Below, piece after piece: positions 7,789 to 18,914 of a stretch of DNA of 62,090 nt. Source of the DNA: Candidatus Aenigmatarchaeota archaeon (GTDB taxonomy: Archaea > Aenigmatarchaeota > Aenigmatarchaeia > GW2011-AR5 > JAGGXF01). A model generated the notes under the pieces. It saw only the letters and a list, made by a program, of their open reading frames with translations. It did no database searches and was not told the DNA's origin. A program made the position numbers and the translations under genes. The stretch covers positions 1 to 62,090 of the forward strand of contig JAGGXF010000014.1 of the NCBI GenBank assembly GCA_021163205.1. The letters run 5' to 3'. Position 1 is the stretch's first letter, and each line of letters opens with the position of its first letter.

Positions 7789-8693
7789 TATGCATGGACC
7801 AAGAGGTTAAAGAGAAATATATGAAAGCAGGTAAGATAGCTGGAGAAGCAAGAGACTACGCTGCAGAAATAGCAAAGCCGGGCAAAAAAATTCTTGACAT
7901 TGTTGAAGCAGTAGAATCTCTCATAAAAGCCAAGGGGGCTGAAATAGCTTTTCCTATTAATATATCCATTAATGATATTGCCGCACATGATACGGCAGAT
8001 AAGAATGACGAGCGTGTCTTGGGAGAGAATGATATTGTCAAAATAGATATTGGCACACACATTGATGGATACATCGGCGACACCGCACGCACGGTAGCGT
8101 GGTCAGAAGATTATCAAGAACTTATTAAATCAACGAAACAAGCATTAGAAGAAGCGATAAAACTTTGCACGCCGGGGACAAATCTCGGTGAGATATCATC
8201 TGTGATAGAAAAAACGATAAAAGAAGCTGGGTTCAAACCAATAGCAAATCTCACTGGGCACGGGCTCGATAAGTTTAATCTACATGCAGAACCAACAATA
8301 CCGAACGTTAGTTTCAAGACAAGCTACACACTTCAAGAAGGACAAGCAATAGCCATAGAACCATTTGCAACAACAAACGAAGGCGCTGGTTTGATAAAGG
8401 AATCCGTAGAAAAAAAGATATTCATGATGCTGTATGATAAACCGGTGAGAAATCAACATGCCAGGCAAATATTAAGGATCGCTAAAACCCGAAATGGTCT
8501 ACCATTTCCGCTTCGCTGGGTGCCGTCATCTGGAATAGGGCTAAGGATCGGTCTGAAGGAGTTACTGGATAAAAACATCTTGTATGACTACCCTATCCTC
8601 AAAGAAATTAAGGGCGCTCCCGTCGCTCAATCAGAGCATAGCATAATTGTGGCTGATAAACCGATAATCACGACAAAAACAGAAAAATTTTGA
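7785..8693 (+). CDS. map: Methionine aminopeptidase type II
   Basis: AAHDT, KIDIGTHIDGYIGDTA, NLTGHG, AIEPF, QSEH motifs. Confidence 0.95.
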   Translation: MICMDQEVKEKYMKAGKIAGEARDYAAEIAKPGKKILDIVEAVESLIKAKGAEIAFPINISINDIAAHDTADKNDERVLGENDIVKIDIGTHIDGYIGDTARTVAWSEDYQELIKSTKQALEEAIKLCTPGTNLGEISSVIEKTIKEAGFKPIANLTGHGLDKFNLHAEPTIPNVSFKTSYTLQEGQAIAIEPFATTNEGAGLIKESVEKKIFMMLYDKPVRNQHARQILRIAKTRNGLPFPLRWVPSSGIGLRIGLKELLDKNILYDYPILKEIKGAPVAQSEHSIIVADKPIITTKTEKF

Positions 8694-8829
8694 CCGAAGA
8701 AAAATATAAATACTTTTTTGTTACATTTCTCTTTTCCTTCTCTTTTCTCGTCGTAGATAATTATTTAATGGTTAGAAGAAATTATTTAATTAATTCAAAA
8801 TAAAATCAAAACAACAAGAGGGGCTTGAG

Positions 8830-9345
8830 TTGATCCTGATAGTAGATAACGGACATGCTGAAAAAATTTGTTCCTTGGTAAATTGCAAAGTTGACTTATC
8901 AAAACCGTCTGAAGCTTTGAAAAAAATCGACAGAGCAAGCGCTGTTATAATAACCGATGGTTCTCCCAATAAAGACGTAGAAAAGATTATAGAGTCGCTT
9001 TCTTCACCATGCCTTGCTATTGGCGCATCAGCAGAAATACTGGCAAAGAAATTTGGAGCAAAAATTAGTAAAAAAATAAAAAAAGAGAAACGTGCAGCTA
9101 TGATGAAATCGCATTCTCCACTTACACTAGGTATGAAAAAAAGATTTGTTGTTTACGGTAAAAGTAATATAATAGATAAGCTGCCTGATGACTTTGAGGC
9201 GATATACACTGGTGATGGTCCTGAGATATATCAGCACATTAGCTTTCCTATATTCGGTGTACTTTTCGAGCTGCGGGGCGAAGACGGAAAAAAAATAATA
9301 AAAAACTTTCTAGCTTTTGCTGAAACGTGGGACAAATATCACTAG
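8830..9345 (+). CDS. Degenerate class I glutamine amidotransferase-like protein
   Basis: MILIVDNG start and GATase layout, but LAIGAS replaces LGIC and GVLFE replaces GxQFHPE. Confidence 0.6.
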   Translation: MILIVDNGHAEKICSLVNCKVDLSKPSEALKKIDRASAVIITDGSPNKDVEKIIESLSSPCLAIGASAEILAKKFGAKISKKIKKEKRAAMMKSHSPLTLGMKKRFVVYGKSNIIDKLPDDFEAIYTGDGPEIYQHISFPIFGVLFELRGEDGKKIIKNFLAFAETWDKYH

Positions 9346-9403
9346 TTCTATTTGTTATGAACTAAATTCAACTATTCAACTTTATGCTTTTCTGTTGTTG
9401 TAT

Positions 9404-11686
9404 CTATTGTGTATAGTTAAAATCATTTGGGGTCGTTTCTCTAACATCTGACATTATCTTCTCATAAAACTTGTTCATTGATTTTGAAACAGATGGTTTA
9501 ACTTTACTCAACGCCTCTTCGATATCTTTCTTGGTTATTTCTCTAGCATTTTTATCCCTTCTCAACGCATTCATCCCCGCTTCTCTTACAATAGCCTCTA
9601 TGTCAGCACCGGTGTAGTTTTCTGTTCTTTTTGCAAGCTCCTTCAACGAGATGTCTTTTGAAAGTGGTACATTTCTGGTGTGAACTTCGAAAATTTTTTC
9701 TCTGGCTTTCTCATCCGGAAGAGGAACAAAAAGCTGTCTGTCAAACCTTCCGGGTCGTAGCAAAGCTGGGTCTATTATGTCTGGTCTATTCGTTGCTGCC
9801 ATAACTATAACGTCATGAAGCTCTTCTACACCAGATATTTCCGTAAGTATCTGTGATACAAGCCTCTCGCTATATTCGTTGAATGATCTCCCCCTCTGAG
9901 GAACAAGTGCATCGATCTCATCAAAAAATATTATTGAGGGGGCAACTTGTTTTGCTCTTCTAAATATGTCCCTTATCCGCTTTTCGGATTCTCCTACCCA
10001 CTTAGACAATATCTCAGATCCCTTTATCGAGATGAAGTTAACTCCAGATTCGTTTGCCACTGCCTTTGCAAGCAATGTCTTACCACATCCCGGAGGTCCA
10101 TAAAGTAGAACACCTGTCGGAGGCTTTATTCCCAGTCGTTTGAATGAGTCTGGATACTTGAGAGGCCATTCTATCATCTCTTTCAACTTCTTTTTTATTT
10201 CTTCTAGTCCACCGATGTCAGACCACTTAACTTTTGGTATCTCTATAAGCACTTCTCTCATTGCCGATGGCTCAACCATCTTTAAAGCATATTCCATATC
10301 TTTCTGAGTAACAACAAGCTTTTCCAATATATCCTTTGGAAGTGACTTGTCTTCCTTTATGTTGCTTATGTCGGGAATTATTCTTCTCAGCGCGTGCATT
10401 GCTGCCTCTTTACATATGGCAGCCAAATCTGCCCCTACATATCCATAAGTTATTTCAGCCAGCTTATCAAGGTCTACATCTTTTGCAAGAGGCATCCCCC
10501 GTGTATGGATTTGTAAAATTTCTTTTCTTCCTTCTTTATTTGGCACGCCTATTTCTATCTCTCTGTCAAACCTTCCGGGCCTTCTTAGGGCTGGATCAAG
10601 ACTATTGGGCCTGTTTGTTGCCGCAATAACAATAACCTTACCGCGTGATTTAAGCCCATCCATCAGCGTAAGAAGTTGGGAAACGACCCGCCTCTCCACC
10701 TCTCCATGGACATCTTCTCGCTTTGGTGCTATTGAATCTATTTCGTCTATGAATATTATTGATGGTGCCTGTTTTTCTGCCTGGTCAAATATCTTTCTCA
10801 AATTTTCTTCTGATTGCCCATACCACTTTGACATAATTTCAGGCCCATTTAGTGTCAAGAATGTTGCTCCAGCCTCGTTCGCCACTGCCTTTGCAAGTAA
10901 GGTCTTTCCTGTTCCTGGTGGACCGTGTAAAAGGACTCCTTTTGGTGGTTCTATACCAAGCCTGTCAAAAAGTTCCGGGTGCTTTAACGGGAGTTCTATC
11001 ATCTCTCTAACCTTTTTAATTTCGTCATGCAAACCACCGAGGTCTTCATATGTCACTTCTGGTATTTTTGTTTCCTCGATGGGCCTCGTTGCTTTTTCCA
11101 ATACCTCGAGCTCTGTTGCATCAGTTATTCTCACTATCCCTTTCGGGTTTGTACTCACAACAACAAACTTCTCTTCACCAAACGGAGTGAAAAACATTTC
11201 TTCTATATTTACCCCAAAAAACTCCTCAAATATTGAATTTTCTGGGCGTCTCCGTCTGACGATGGGGTTAGGAATTATTATATCACCAGTAGAAACCGGG
11301 CGCATCATCAAATTCTGCTTAAACACATTGGGGTCTATTCTTATTATGATTCCTTGTCTGGCTGGTGCTATTACGACATGCTTCGCTTCTTTAACATCCG
11401 CTTTTTTCACACGAACAACATCACCTATACCTGCCTTGATATTTCTCCTAAGTAGTCCGTCCATTCTTATAACATCGAGTCCCACATCTGCCGGATATGA
11501 ACGAACAGCTATAGCGGGTGATGTTCGATTGCCTGTTATCTCTATCACATCTCCCTCTCTAACACCAATCTTTTGCATTTTTTTAGCATCAAGTCTAGCA
11601 ATACCACGACCAAAATCTGTTCTTTCCGTAAGTTCTCCAACTTTTAACCTCAGCTCATTATCATTTTCTTTTTTCATAGAGATCAC
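9404..11686 (-). CDS. cdc48: CDC48/VCP family AAA+ ATPase
   Basis: N-domain plus two AAA modules ([12 protein letters not shown] and [19 protein letters not shown]). Confidence 0.96.
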   Translation of the reverse strand: MISMKKENDNELRLKVGELTERTDFGRGIARLDAKKMQKIGVREGDVIEITGNRTSPAIAVRSYPADVGLDVIRMDGLLRRNIKAGIGDVVRVKKADVKEAKHVVIAPARQGIIIRIDPNVFKQNLMMRPVSTGDIIIPNPIVRRRRPENSIFEEFFGVNIEEMFFTPFGEEKFVVVSTNPKGIVRITDATELEVLEKATRPIEETKIPEVTYEDLGGLHDEIKKVREMIELPLKHPELFDRLGIEPPKGVLLHGPPGTGKTLLAKAVANEAGATFLTLNGPEIMSKWYGQSEENLRKIFDQAEKQAPSIIFIDEIDSIAPKREDVHGEVERRVVSQLLTLMDGLKSRGKVIVIAATNRPNSLDPALRRPGRFDREIEIGVPNKEGRKEILQIHTRGMPLAKDVDLDKLAEITYGYVGADLAAICKEAAMHALRRIIPDISNIKEDKSLPKDILEKLVVTQKDMEYALKMVEPSAMREVLIEIPKVKWSDIGGLEEIKKKLKEMIEWPLKYPDSFKRLGIKPPTGVLLYGPPGCGKTLLAKAVANESGVNFISIKGSEILSKWVGESEKRIRDIFRRAKQVAPSIIFFDEIDALVPQRGRSFNEYSERLVSQILTEISGVEELHDVIVMAATNRPDIIDPALLRPGRFDRQLFVPLPDEKAREKIFEVHTRNVPLSKDISLKELAKRTENYTGADIEAIVREAGMNALRRDKNAREITKKDIEEALSKVKPSVSKSMNKFYEKIMSDVRETTPNDFNYTQ

Positions 11687-11708
11687 CTCTTAAAACATTT
11701 CATCATTT

Positions 11709-12044
11709 TCAATCAAAATCATCATCTTCGAGTATAATCCTTCTCATTTCCCAGTCCACTTTATTACTCCACTCTTCAAAATATTTTAGCACTTTTTTTA
11801 AATGTTCCAAAGCAACTATGAACACCGAATCATCTACTTTTATATGAGGTATTTCAGTTAAAATACCTTCCCGCCGATATCTATATCGCTTGTCGTTCTT
11901 GGTCACAACCTGTTCCCAACCGTAGAGACCCCTGAAAAAGGTATTTCTCTCGCTGGCTGACCTGAACTTATCTGAGTGTGTACAAAAGCTTATAATCACT
12001 GCTCTTCTATTTTTGGTTTTTGATATTTCTATCATCTTCATCAC
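11709..12044 (-). CDS. Small hypothetical protein, first gene of the cdc48 unit
   Basis: 111-aa ORF 22 nt upstream of cdc48 on the same strand. Confidence 0.7.
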   Translation of the reverse strand: MMKMIEISKTKNRRAVIISFCTHSDKFRSASERNTFFRGLYGWEQVVTKNDKRYRYRREGILTEIPHIKVDDSVFIVALEHLKKVLKYFEEWSNKVDWEMRRIILEDDDFD

Positions 12045-12096
12045 AATTGCTACTTTGGTTTATTATTTCCCTGAACGACCGCAATTATGATATACA

Positions 12097-12126
12097 TAAA
12101 CAATAACTATTTAAAGTTATTGTTTA
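12097..12126. promoter_or_regulatory. Perfect 12-bp inverted repeat enclosing a TATA box (candidate operator)
   Basis: TAAACAATAACT-atttaa-AGTTATTGTTTA. The minus strand reads TTTAAATA at the centre. Extra half-site AACAATAAC at 12131-12139. Confidence 0.65.
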
Positions 12127-12189
12127 CAAGAACAATAACCAAATCTTTTCCTGTAAGCTCTTTAATAAATTTCTTATGAAATTCTTTTC

Positions 12190-12873
12190 ATGAAAATTCA
12201 ACGACTCTCGACAAACTCGCCCATAGACAAAATTTTAGATGGGGGCATAGAGTTCAGTTCTGTTACCAACTTTTATGGACCGCCGGGATCAGGAAAGACA
12301 AACATTGCTCTCTCAACACTACTTTCTGTAAAGGACAAAAAAATAATATTTATGGATACTGAAGGAAGTTTTTCATTCGAGAGATTAGCACAAATCACCA
12401 AAAGGGAGGAAACATTTGAAAATGTACTTAGGAGAATAATCCTTCTTGAGCCGAGAAACTGGCAGGAGCAGTCTGAGATGATTAAAAATCTCGAGAAAAT
12501 TGTTGAGGATGAAGAAATTGGATTGATTGTTATAGATTCTATAGTAGCTTTATATCGAATCGAAATTAATCAGAAAAATTTTTCGGATATAAACCGTGAG
12601 CTTGCGTCCCAATATTCAACTCTTTCTAGGATATCAAGAGAGAAGAATATTCCCATTCTAGTAACAAATCAAATATATCTGTCTGGAGAAGATGTTGAAC
12701 TAACCAGCAAAACTATAGCACGATATTGGAGCAAAACACTCATAGAACTTAAGAAAACAGACCGACCAAACCACAGATTAGCAATACTGAGAAAACATCG
12801 ATCACTTCCAGAAGGACAAAGTATTGAATTTGTAATAGTTAGAGATGGACTCAAACCTGTTGGAATTTTTTGA
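12190..12873 (+). CDS. radB: DNA repair protein RadB
   Basis: GPPGSGKTN, DTEG, VIDS, TNQ motifs and C-terminal LRKHRS (RadB KHR patch). No RadA N-terminal domain. Confidence 0.92.
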   Translation: MKIQRLSTNSPIDKILDGGIEFSSVTNFYGPPGSGKTNIALSTLLSVKDKKIIFMDTEGSFSFERLAQITKREETFENVLRRIILLEPRNWQEQSEMIKNLEKIVEDEEIGLIVIDSIVALYRIEINQKNFSDINRELASQYSTLSRISREKNIPILVTNQIYLSGEDVELTSKTIARYWSKTLIELKKTDRPNHRLAILRKHRSLPEGQSIEFVIVRDGLKPVGIF

Positions 12874-12928
12874 CGTGTCGTATCACACGGGTATGAAGGC
12901 TTTTAATATTTTATGACTAAATTATTAT

Positions 12929-14353
12929 ATGCGAGGGTTCTTCAAAAAGAAATTGGAAGATGCGCCATTAAAGTACACGTTCGATGACTTCTTAATATCT
13001 CCCGGGTCTTCTGATGTTATACCGGCTGAAACAAACACAAAAACAAGAATATCTCCAAATATAGAAATGAACATACCGATAATAAGTGCGCCCATGGACA
13101 CAGTAACTGGGTTTGATATGGCTGTTATGATGGCCCGGCTGGGCGGTCTCGGTGCTGTACATTATAATATGAAAATAGAAGAACAGGCAGAGGTTATCAA
13201 AAAAATCAAGAAATATGAATCTTTGATCATACGGAATGTCATAACGATTACCCCGGATTACACCGTTGCGGACATCCTTAGATTATCAGAAGAGAAAAAT
13301 ATTTCCAGTTTTCCTGTTGTAGAAAATAACAGACTTGTTGGGATTATCACCGAGCGAGATTTTCGATTGGCAAAAGTTAACACCCTTGCCAGAGAATTGA
13401 TGACACGTGATGTGATCAGCGCCGAAGAGAATATTAATATGGAAGATGCGATGAAAATATTGCATGAAAATAAGATAGAGAAACTTCCACTTCTTGATAA
13501 AAGCGGTCGACTGGCTGGTATGATCACACTGAGAGACATAATGAACAGAAAAAAGTACCCGAATGCAACCCGAGATCAGAATGGACAACTTGTTGTTGCT
13601 GCCGCGACCAACTTGGATGAGAATCGCGTTGAAAAGCTACTAAATGCTGGGGCAGATATAATCATAGTAGAAACCGCGCACGGACATAATAGAAGGGTTA
13701 TAGAGTTCACACGACTTCTGAGAAAAAATTATGATTGTGAAATAATTTCAGGTAACATAGCAACAGCCGAAGCAGCCGAAGACTTAATAGCTGCCGGTGC
13801 TGATTGTGTAAAAGTGGGTGTTGGCCCCGGTTCTATATGCACAACAAGAGAAGTGACTGGTGTTGGTGTTCCACAGCTTGGTGCGGTTGCAGATGTTGCA
13901 GATGTTGTATCAGCACATGGAGCCTATTGTATAGCAGATGGGGCTATAAAGACCTCTGGTGATATTGCAAAAGCAATAGCCGCGGGCGCAGATGCTGTGA
14001 TGCTCGGAAATCTGTTGGCTGGAACAAAAGAAGCTCTTGGAGAAGTGGTGATACGGGACGGAAAAAAGTTCAAGAAATACCGAGGCATGGGCTCAAAGGG
14101 CGCCCTGGCAGAGCGATACTTCCAAAAACAATCAAAATTCGTTCCAGAGGGTGTCTCGGGCATTGTCCCATATAAAGGTGATGTAAAAGATGTTATATTT
14201 TCATTGGTTGGCGGGCTTAAGTCTGCTATGGGATACGTTGGTGCAAAAAATATAAAAGAGATGAAAACAAAATCGAGATTTGTAAAGGTAAGTTTTCACG
14301 GAAAATTGGAAAGCCGTCCTTTTAACATAAATATCATTGACGAGCTTGTATAG
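12929..14353 (+). CDS. guaB: IMP dehydrogenase
   Basis: [11 protein letters not shown] pair, [22 protein letters not shown] motifs. Confidence 0.96.
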   Translation: MRGFFKKKLEDAPLKYTFDDFLISPGSSDVIPAETNTKTRISPNIEMNIPIISAPMDTVTGFDMAVMMARLGGLGAVHYNMKIEEQAEVIKKIKKYESLIIRNVITITPDYTVADILRLSEEKNISSFPVVENNRLVGIITERDFRLAKVNTLARELMTRDVISAEENINMEDAMKILHENKIEKLPLLDKSGRLAGMITLRDIMNRKKYPNATRDQNGQLVVAAATNLDENRVEKLLNAGADIIIVETAHGHNRRVIEFTRLLRKNYDCEIISGNIATAEAAEDLIAAGADCVKVGVGPGSICTTREVTGVGVPQLGAVADVADVVSAHGAYCIADGAIKTSGDIAKAIAAGADAVMLGNLLAGTKEALGEVVIRDGKKFKKYRGMGSKGALAERYFQKQSKFVPEGVSGIVPYKGDVKDVIFSLVGGLKSAMGYVGAKNIKEMKTKSRFVKVSFHGKLESRPFNINIIDELV

Positions 14354-14380
14354 AGAAGAAACTCTTAATGGGGTGTTGGT

Positions 14381-16078
14381 ATGAAAAGTATTTTTGAAGA
14401 GATATCAAAAAAATCAGGAGATAGTGAATTTTTCGTAGAAATACCTGACGGTTATGTGCCGGGAAAGACAAAATACATCGTAATTACGGGGACTGTTATA
14501 TCTGGTATAGGGAAAGGTGCATTTTCATCTTCCCTTGGTTTCTTGTTACAAAAACATGGTTTCGCCGTTGAATCTGTAAAATTTGATGGCTATTTAAACT
14601 TGGACGCAGGAACAATGAATCCGTTCAGGCATGGAGAAGTTTTTGTCATGGACGACGGCACAGAAGCTGATATGGATTTTGGTACATATGAAAGATTCTT
14701 GGACAAAAATCTTTCCAGTTCCAATTATTTAACAGGTGGCCGTGTCTTTTCGCGCATACTCAAAAAAGAAAGGGAAGGGGCGTACCTCGGAAGAGATGTT
14801 CAATTCATCCCACATGTTACTGGAGAAATCAAATATTTCTTCAGGTCTCTGGCGATGGAGAAAAAGCCAGATTTCATAATAATAGAAGTTGGTGGAACTG
14901 TCGGGGATATAGAGAATTCATACTTTATAGAAGCAATGAGACAACTCTCCTATGAGGAAGGACAAGAAAATGTTTGCTTCATAAATCTCACCTATATTCT
15001 AGAGCCAACATCTCTTGGAGAACAGAAAACAAAGGCGTCACAGCTTGGAATAAAACGCCTTATGTCAGCAGGTATCCAACCAGATGTTATAGTATGCCGC
15101 GGAGAAAGAACTATATCAGAAAAAGCAATGGAAAAGATAAGTGTGTATTCAAATATCTCAAGAGAGATGGTAATTGACTGTCACAATCTTAAGACCATAT
15201 ATGAAATACCTTTGTGGCTCGAAAAACAAGGTCTTGATAAAAAAGTTCTAAGAAGACTAGGACACAAACCAAAAGAAAAGATAGACCTAGACGAATGGAA
15301 AAACTATATAAGAAGGATAGAAAAACCGAAAAGGGAAATAGTTGTAGGTATTGCTGGAAAATATACCGGACTCAAAGACTCATATGCAAGCATCTTGAAA
15401 GCAGTAGAACACTCGGGAGCATACTGGGAAACTGGGGTAAGACTGAAATGGATCGAAACCACGGATGTGAATAAAGAAAATGTGAAAGACGCCCTTACAG
15501 GAGTATCCGGGTTGATAGTGCCTGGTGGGTTTGGGGCACGCGGAACAGAAGGAAAAATAGCTTGTGTACAGTACGCAAGAGAAAATAACATACCATATCT
15601 TGGTCTTTGTTTCGGTCTGCAAATGGCTGTTATTGAATTCGCAAGAAATGTATGCGGGCTTGAAAAAGCAAATAGCACAGAGATTGACCCGAAAACACCC
15701 AATCCTGTTATAGATATACTACCAGAGCAAAAAAATATACACGGACTGGGGGGAACTATGAGACTTGGTGGACAGGACGTTCATATAATAGAAAATACAC
15801 TTGCTCATAAGATTTATGGTAAAAAATTCGTAAGAGAACGGTTCAGACATAGATTTGAGGTCAACCCGGACTATCATGAAACTCTGGAAAAAAATGGACT
15901 TGTATTTTCCGGTTGGTCTGCTAAAGAAAAAAATATAGTACAAATAATAGAACTCAAAAACCATCCATTTTTTATAGCAACACAATTTCACCCAGAGTTT
16001 ACAAGCAGACCACTTAAGCCAAATCCGATATACAGAGAATTTATAAAGGCTTGTATAGATCACGCAACAAATGCATAG
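14381..16078 (+). CDS. pyrG: CTP synthase
   Basis: SGIGKG, DAGTMNPFRHGEVFV, GGTVGDIE, GLCFG, RFRHRFEVN, QFHPE motifs. Confidence 0.96.
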   Translation: MKSIFEEISKKSGDSEFFVEIPDGYVPGKTKYIVITGTVISGIGKGAFSSSLGFLLQKHGFAVESVKFDGYLNLDAGTMNPFRHGEVFVMDDGTEADMDFGTYERFLDKNLSSSNYLTGGRVFSRILKKEREGAYLGRDVQFIPHVTGEIKYFFRSLAMEKKPDFIIIEVGGTVGDIENSYFIEAMRQLSYEEGQENVCFINLTYILEPTSLGEQKTKASQLGIKRLMSAGIQPDVIVCRGERTISEKAMEKISVYSNISREMVIDCHNLKTIYEIPLWLEKQGLDKKVLRRLGHKPKEKIDLDEWKNYIRRIEKPKREIVVGIAGKYTGLKDSYASILKAVEHSGAYWETGVRLKWIETTDVNKENVKDALTGVSGLIVPGGFGARGTEGKIACVQYARENNIPYLGLCFGLQMAVIEFARNVCGLEKANSTEIDPKTPNPVIDILPEQKNIHGLGGTMRLGGQDVHIIENTLAHKIYGKKFVRERFRHRFEVNPDYHETLEKNGLVFSGWSAKEKNIVQIIELKNHPFFIATQFHPEFTSRPLKPNPIYREFIKACIDHATNA

Positions 16079-16221
16079 TTAAGGTTTTATCACGTTGTGA
16101 AAAGATTTATATTGATTTAGCCGAGTCTTATAATTGTGTGGGCTTGTTAACCGAATCAAATATTTGAATAGTATTCGAACACCAGTTGATAAATTTGAAT
16201 GGTCTTCGGAGGTAGAGCGAG

Positions 16222-16467
16222 GTGACAAAAAAACTAATAATCAGGGTTGGTCTGAAAGACGGCATAACTGACCCAGAAGGAGCGAACGTAAAAAAATCTC
16301 TCGAGCTGTTGGGATTTGACAATATCGTTGGTGTCAAAACATCCAAGATATTTGAAATAACAGTAGAAGAGCTCGACGAGGAAAAGGCGAGAGAAGAAGC
16401 AGAAAACATGTGTAAAAAGTTGTTAGCAAACCCCGTGATACATAGCTATGAAATAAACATCGAATGA
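16222..16467 (+). CDS. purS: FGAM synthase subunit PurS
   Basis: DPEG and KLLANPVI motifs. Confidence 0.93.
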   Translation: MTKKLIIRVGLKDGITDPEGANVKKSLELLGFDNIVGVKTSKIFEITVEELDEEKAREEAENMCKKLLANPVIHSYEINIE

Positions 16468-16541
16468 CAAAGAACTGCAAAAACCTACGCTTACGATTGG
16501 CCATCTTGGGCTTGAATAATTTTATATGTGGTGTGGTCTTT

Positions 16542-18875
16542 GTGTTGTACATAAAAAAAGACGTTCCTTTTGATCTACATGAAATAAATCTTAGAGATGC
16601 CACAGATGAAGAATTGAAAAAGATAAGCGAGGAAACAGGCGTAGGCTTGAGCTTGGAAGAAATGCAGGTTATTAAAGATTTTTTTATCAAGCGTGGTAGA
16701 AACCCAACCGATGTTGAGCTACAGGCACTTGGTCAATCCTGGAGTGAGCATTGCTCATACAAAACATCCAAGCCAATACTCAAAAAATTTATTTTTAACA
16801 TAGATGCACCACAAAACATATTAGTAATAAAAGAAGATGCGGGTGTTGTCGAATTTGATAATGACCACGCATATGTGGTTGCGCTGGAGTCCCATAATCA
16901 CCCGTCTGCTGTAGAACCATACGGTGGCGCTGCCACGGGCATAGGTGGAATACTTCGTGATGTCGTATGCATGGGTGCCCAACCTATCGCGCTTATAGAC
17001 CCCCTGTTTTTTGGTCGACTTGATTATGAATACAAAAAACTGCCAAAAGGTGTTAAACATCCATTATATCTGTTTTCTGGTGTTGTTTCTGGAATAAGAG
17101 ACTACGGCAACCGTGTTGGTATCCCAACGACCACGGGAATGATTCACTTTAATAACTCCTATATTGGTAACTGTCTGGTAAATGTTGGGTGTGTTGGAAT
17201 CGTCAAAAAAAACGAAATAATAAGAAGTGCTGTCAAAAATCCGGATGACGTATTCATACTACTTGGTGGAAAAACAGGAAGAGACGGGATACATGGTGTA
17301 ACTTTCGCGTCAGCTGAACTAGACGAGTCTTCAGAATCAGAGAGTCGTGGAGCTGTGCAAGTCGGGGACCCCATAACAAAAGAGCCTCTTATACATGTCT
17401 GTCTAGAAGCTAACAAAAAAGGTTTACTCACCGGAATGAAAGACCTCGGTGGTGGGGGCCTTTCCTGTGCCTCTGGTGAAATGGCACTTGCCGGGGGTTG
17501 TGGCGTAAAAATAAATCTAGACAAGGTTCCTCTCAAAGAAAAAGATATGGCACCTTGGGAGATATGGGTTTCTGAATCACAAGAAAGGATGCTGGTTACC
17601 GCAAGGCCAGAAAACGTTGATAAAATTATGGAGCTGTGTAAGTTGTGGGATGTCGAAGCAAATGTAATAGGGTATGCTACAAAGAGCAAAAAGGCGGAAG
17701 TATATTACAAAGGTGTTAAGGTAGTTGACATGGACATAGAGTTCTTTGTCGACAGTCCTGTGTATCATAGAAAATATGTGATTGAAAAGAAAAATATCCC
17801 TGAAACAAATGTAGAAGAACCCAAAGACTATGAAAAAATTATTCTTGATTTATTATCGTCTCTTAATATAGCAAGCAAAGAATCAGTAATAAGGCAATAT
17901 GACCACGAGGTTAGAGCATCGACTGTGATCAAACCAATGCAGGGTAAGATTGGGTCATATACGCACGGAGATGCTGCTGTTATCAAACCTCTTGAAGAAT
18001 CTTATAGAGGGATTGCACTCAGTGCTGATGTTAATCCAAATTTTACCGAAATAGACCCATTCTGGGGCTCTGCTTCAGCTGTGGACGAGGTTTGTAGAAA
18101 TCTCGCTTCTGTTGGAGCAAGACCGCATTCTTTCGCAGACTGCCTTAATTTTGGTAATCCAGAAAAACCGGACAGGCTTGGTGTTTTTTATGAGTCTTGT
18201 AGGGGATTGGGATATATAGCCAAATCGCTTGGCATACCATTTGTAAGTGGAAATGTCAGCTTTTATAATGAGTATATAGAAGGTCCTGTTGCTCCAACGC
18301 CAACAGTTCTCGGCGTTGGAATAGTAAAGGACATTAGAAAAACATGCACAACAGACCTAAAAAAAGAGGGGGGCCTGCTCTACATAATAGGTGAAACAAA
18401 AAAAGAGATGGGCGGATCAGAATACTATAAACTCTTAAATGCCCAAAGTCCGACAGTTCCAAAGGTTAATCCTGAAAACCTGAAGAATTCCATCAACGCT
18501 GTTTGCACAGCCATAGAAGGAAGTCTCGTAAAATCATGTCATGATATCTCAGAAGGCGGTCTTGCTGTTTGCGTAGCAGAAATGATGATTGGTGGTGATG
18601 TTGGGGTTGAGATAGATATCGGTGATATGTCCGATATAAGAACAGACTACAAGCTTTTCTCTGAGTCAAACACGCGGTGGGTTGTTGAGATAGAAGAAAA
18701 AAAGAAAGAAGAATTCGAAAGGCTTATGAAAAGAAATAGCGTTAAATTTTTCAAGCTCGGGATTGTTTCCGGACATGGTTTGGTAATAAAAAACAAAGGC
18801 AAGAAGATTGTAGATATTCCAATTGATAAGATTAAAAAAGTATGGAACTCTGGTATAACAAAATATACCAACTAG
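16542..18875 (+). CDS. purL: FGAM synthase subunit PurL
   Basis: WSEHCSY, ESHNHPS, GRDGIHG, SESQERM, DCLNFGNP motifs. Start placed at the GTG after a GGTGTGG SD; the ORF track starts at 16464. Confidence 0.95.
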   Translation: MLYIKKDVPFDLHEINLRDATDEELKKISEETGVGLSLEEMQVIKDFFIKRGRNPTDVELQALGQSWSEHCSYKTSKPILKKFIFNIDAPQNILVIKEDAGVVEFDNDHAYVVALESHNHPSAVEPYGGAATGIGGILRDVVCMGAQPIALIDPLFFGRLDYEYKKLPKGVKHPLYLFSGVVSGIRDYGNRVGIPTTTGMIHFNNSYIGNCLVNVGCVGIVKKNEIIRSAVKNPDDVFILLGGKTGRDGIHGVTFASAELDESSESESRGAVQVGDPITKEPLIHVCLEANKKGLLTGMKDLGGGGLSCASGEMALAGGCGVKINLDKVPLKEKDMAPWEIWVSESQERMLVTARPENVDKIMELCKLWDVEANVIGYATKSKKAEVYYKGVKVVDMDIEFFVDSPVYHRKYVIEKKNIPETNVEEPKDYEKIILDLLSSLNIASKESVIRQYDHEVRASTVIKPMQGKIGSYTHGDAAVIKPLEESYRGIALSADVNPNFTEIDPFWGSASAVDEVCRNLASVGARPHSFADCLNFGNPEKPDRLGVFYESCRGLGYIAKSLGIPFVSGNVSFYNEYIEGPVAPTPTVLGVGIVKDIRKTCTTDLKKEGGLLYIIGETKKEMGGSEYYKLLNAQSPTVPKVNPENLKNSINAVCTAIEGSLVKSCHDISEGGLAVCVAEMMIGGDVGVEIDIGDMSDIRTDYKLFSESNTRWVVEIEEKKKEEFERLMKRNSVKFFKLGIVSGHGLVIKNKGKKIVDIPIDKIKKVWNSGITKYTN

Positions 18876-18914
18876 TCAACTAGCCAAATCATTTTGATTG
18901 AAGTTGGCGATGAG

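Noticed and set aside
10605..11693. 362-aa ORF antisense to cdc48, and similar long antisense ORFs over purH, purD and folC
   Set aside because: Shadow frames of conserved genes, Ser/Phe/Ile-rich with no recognisable motifs.
16464..16541. N-terminal extension of PurL in the ORF track
   Set aside because: Not PurL-like, and an SD-like GGTGTGG precedes the GTG/TTG at 16542/16545.
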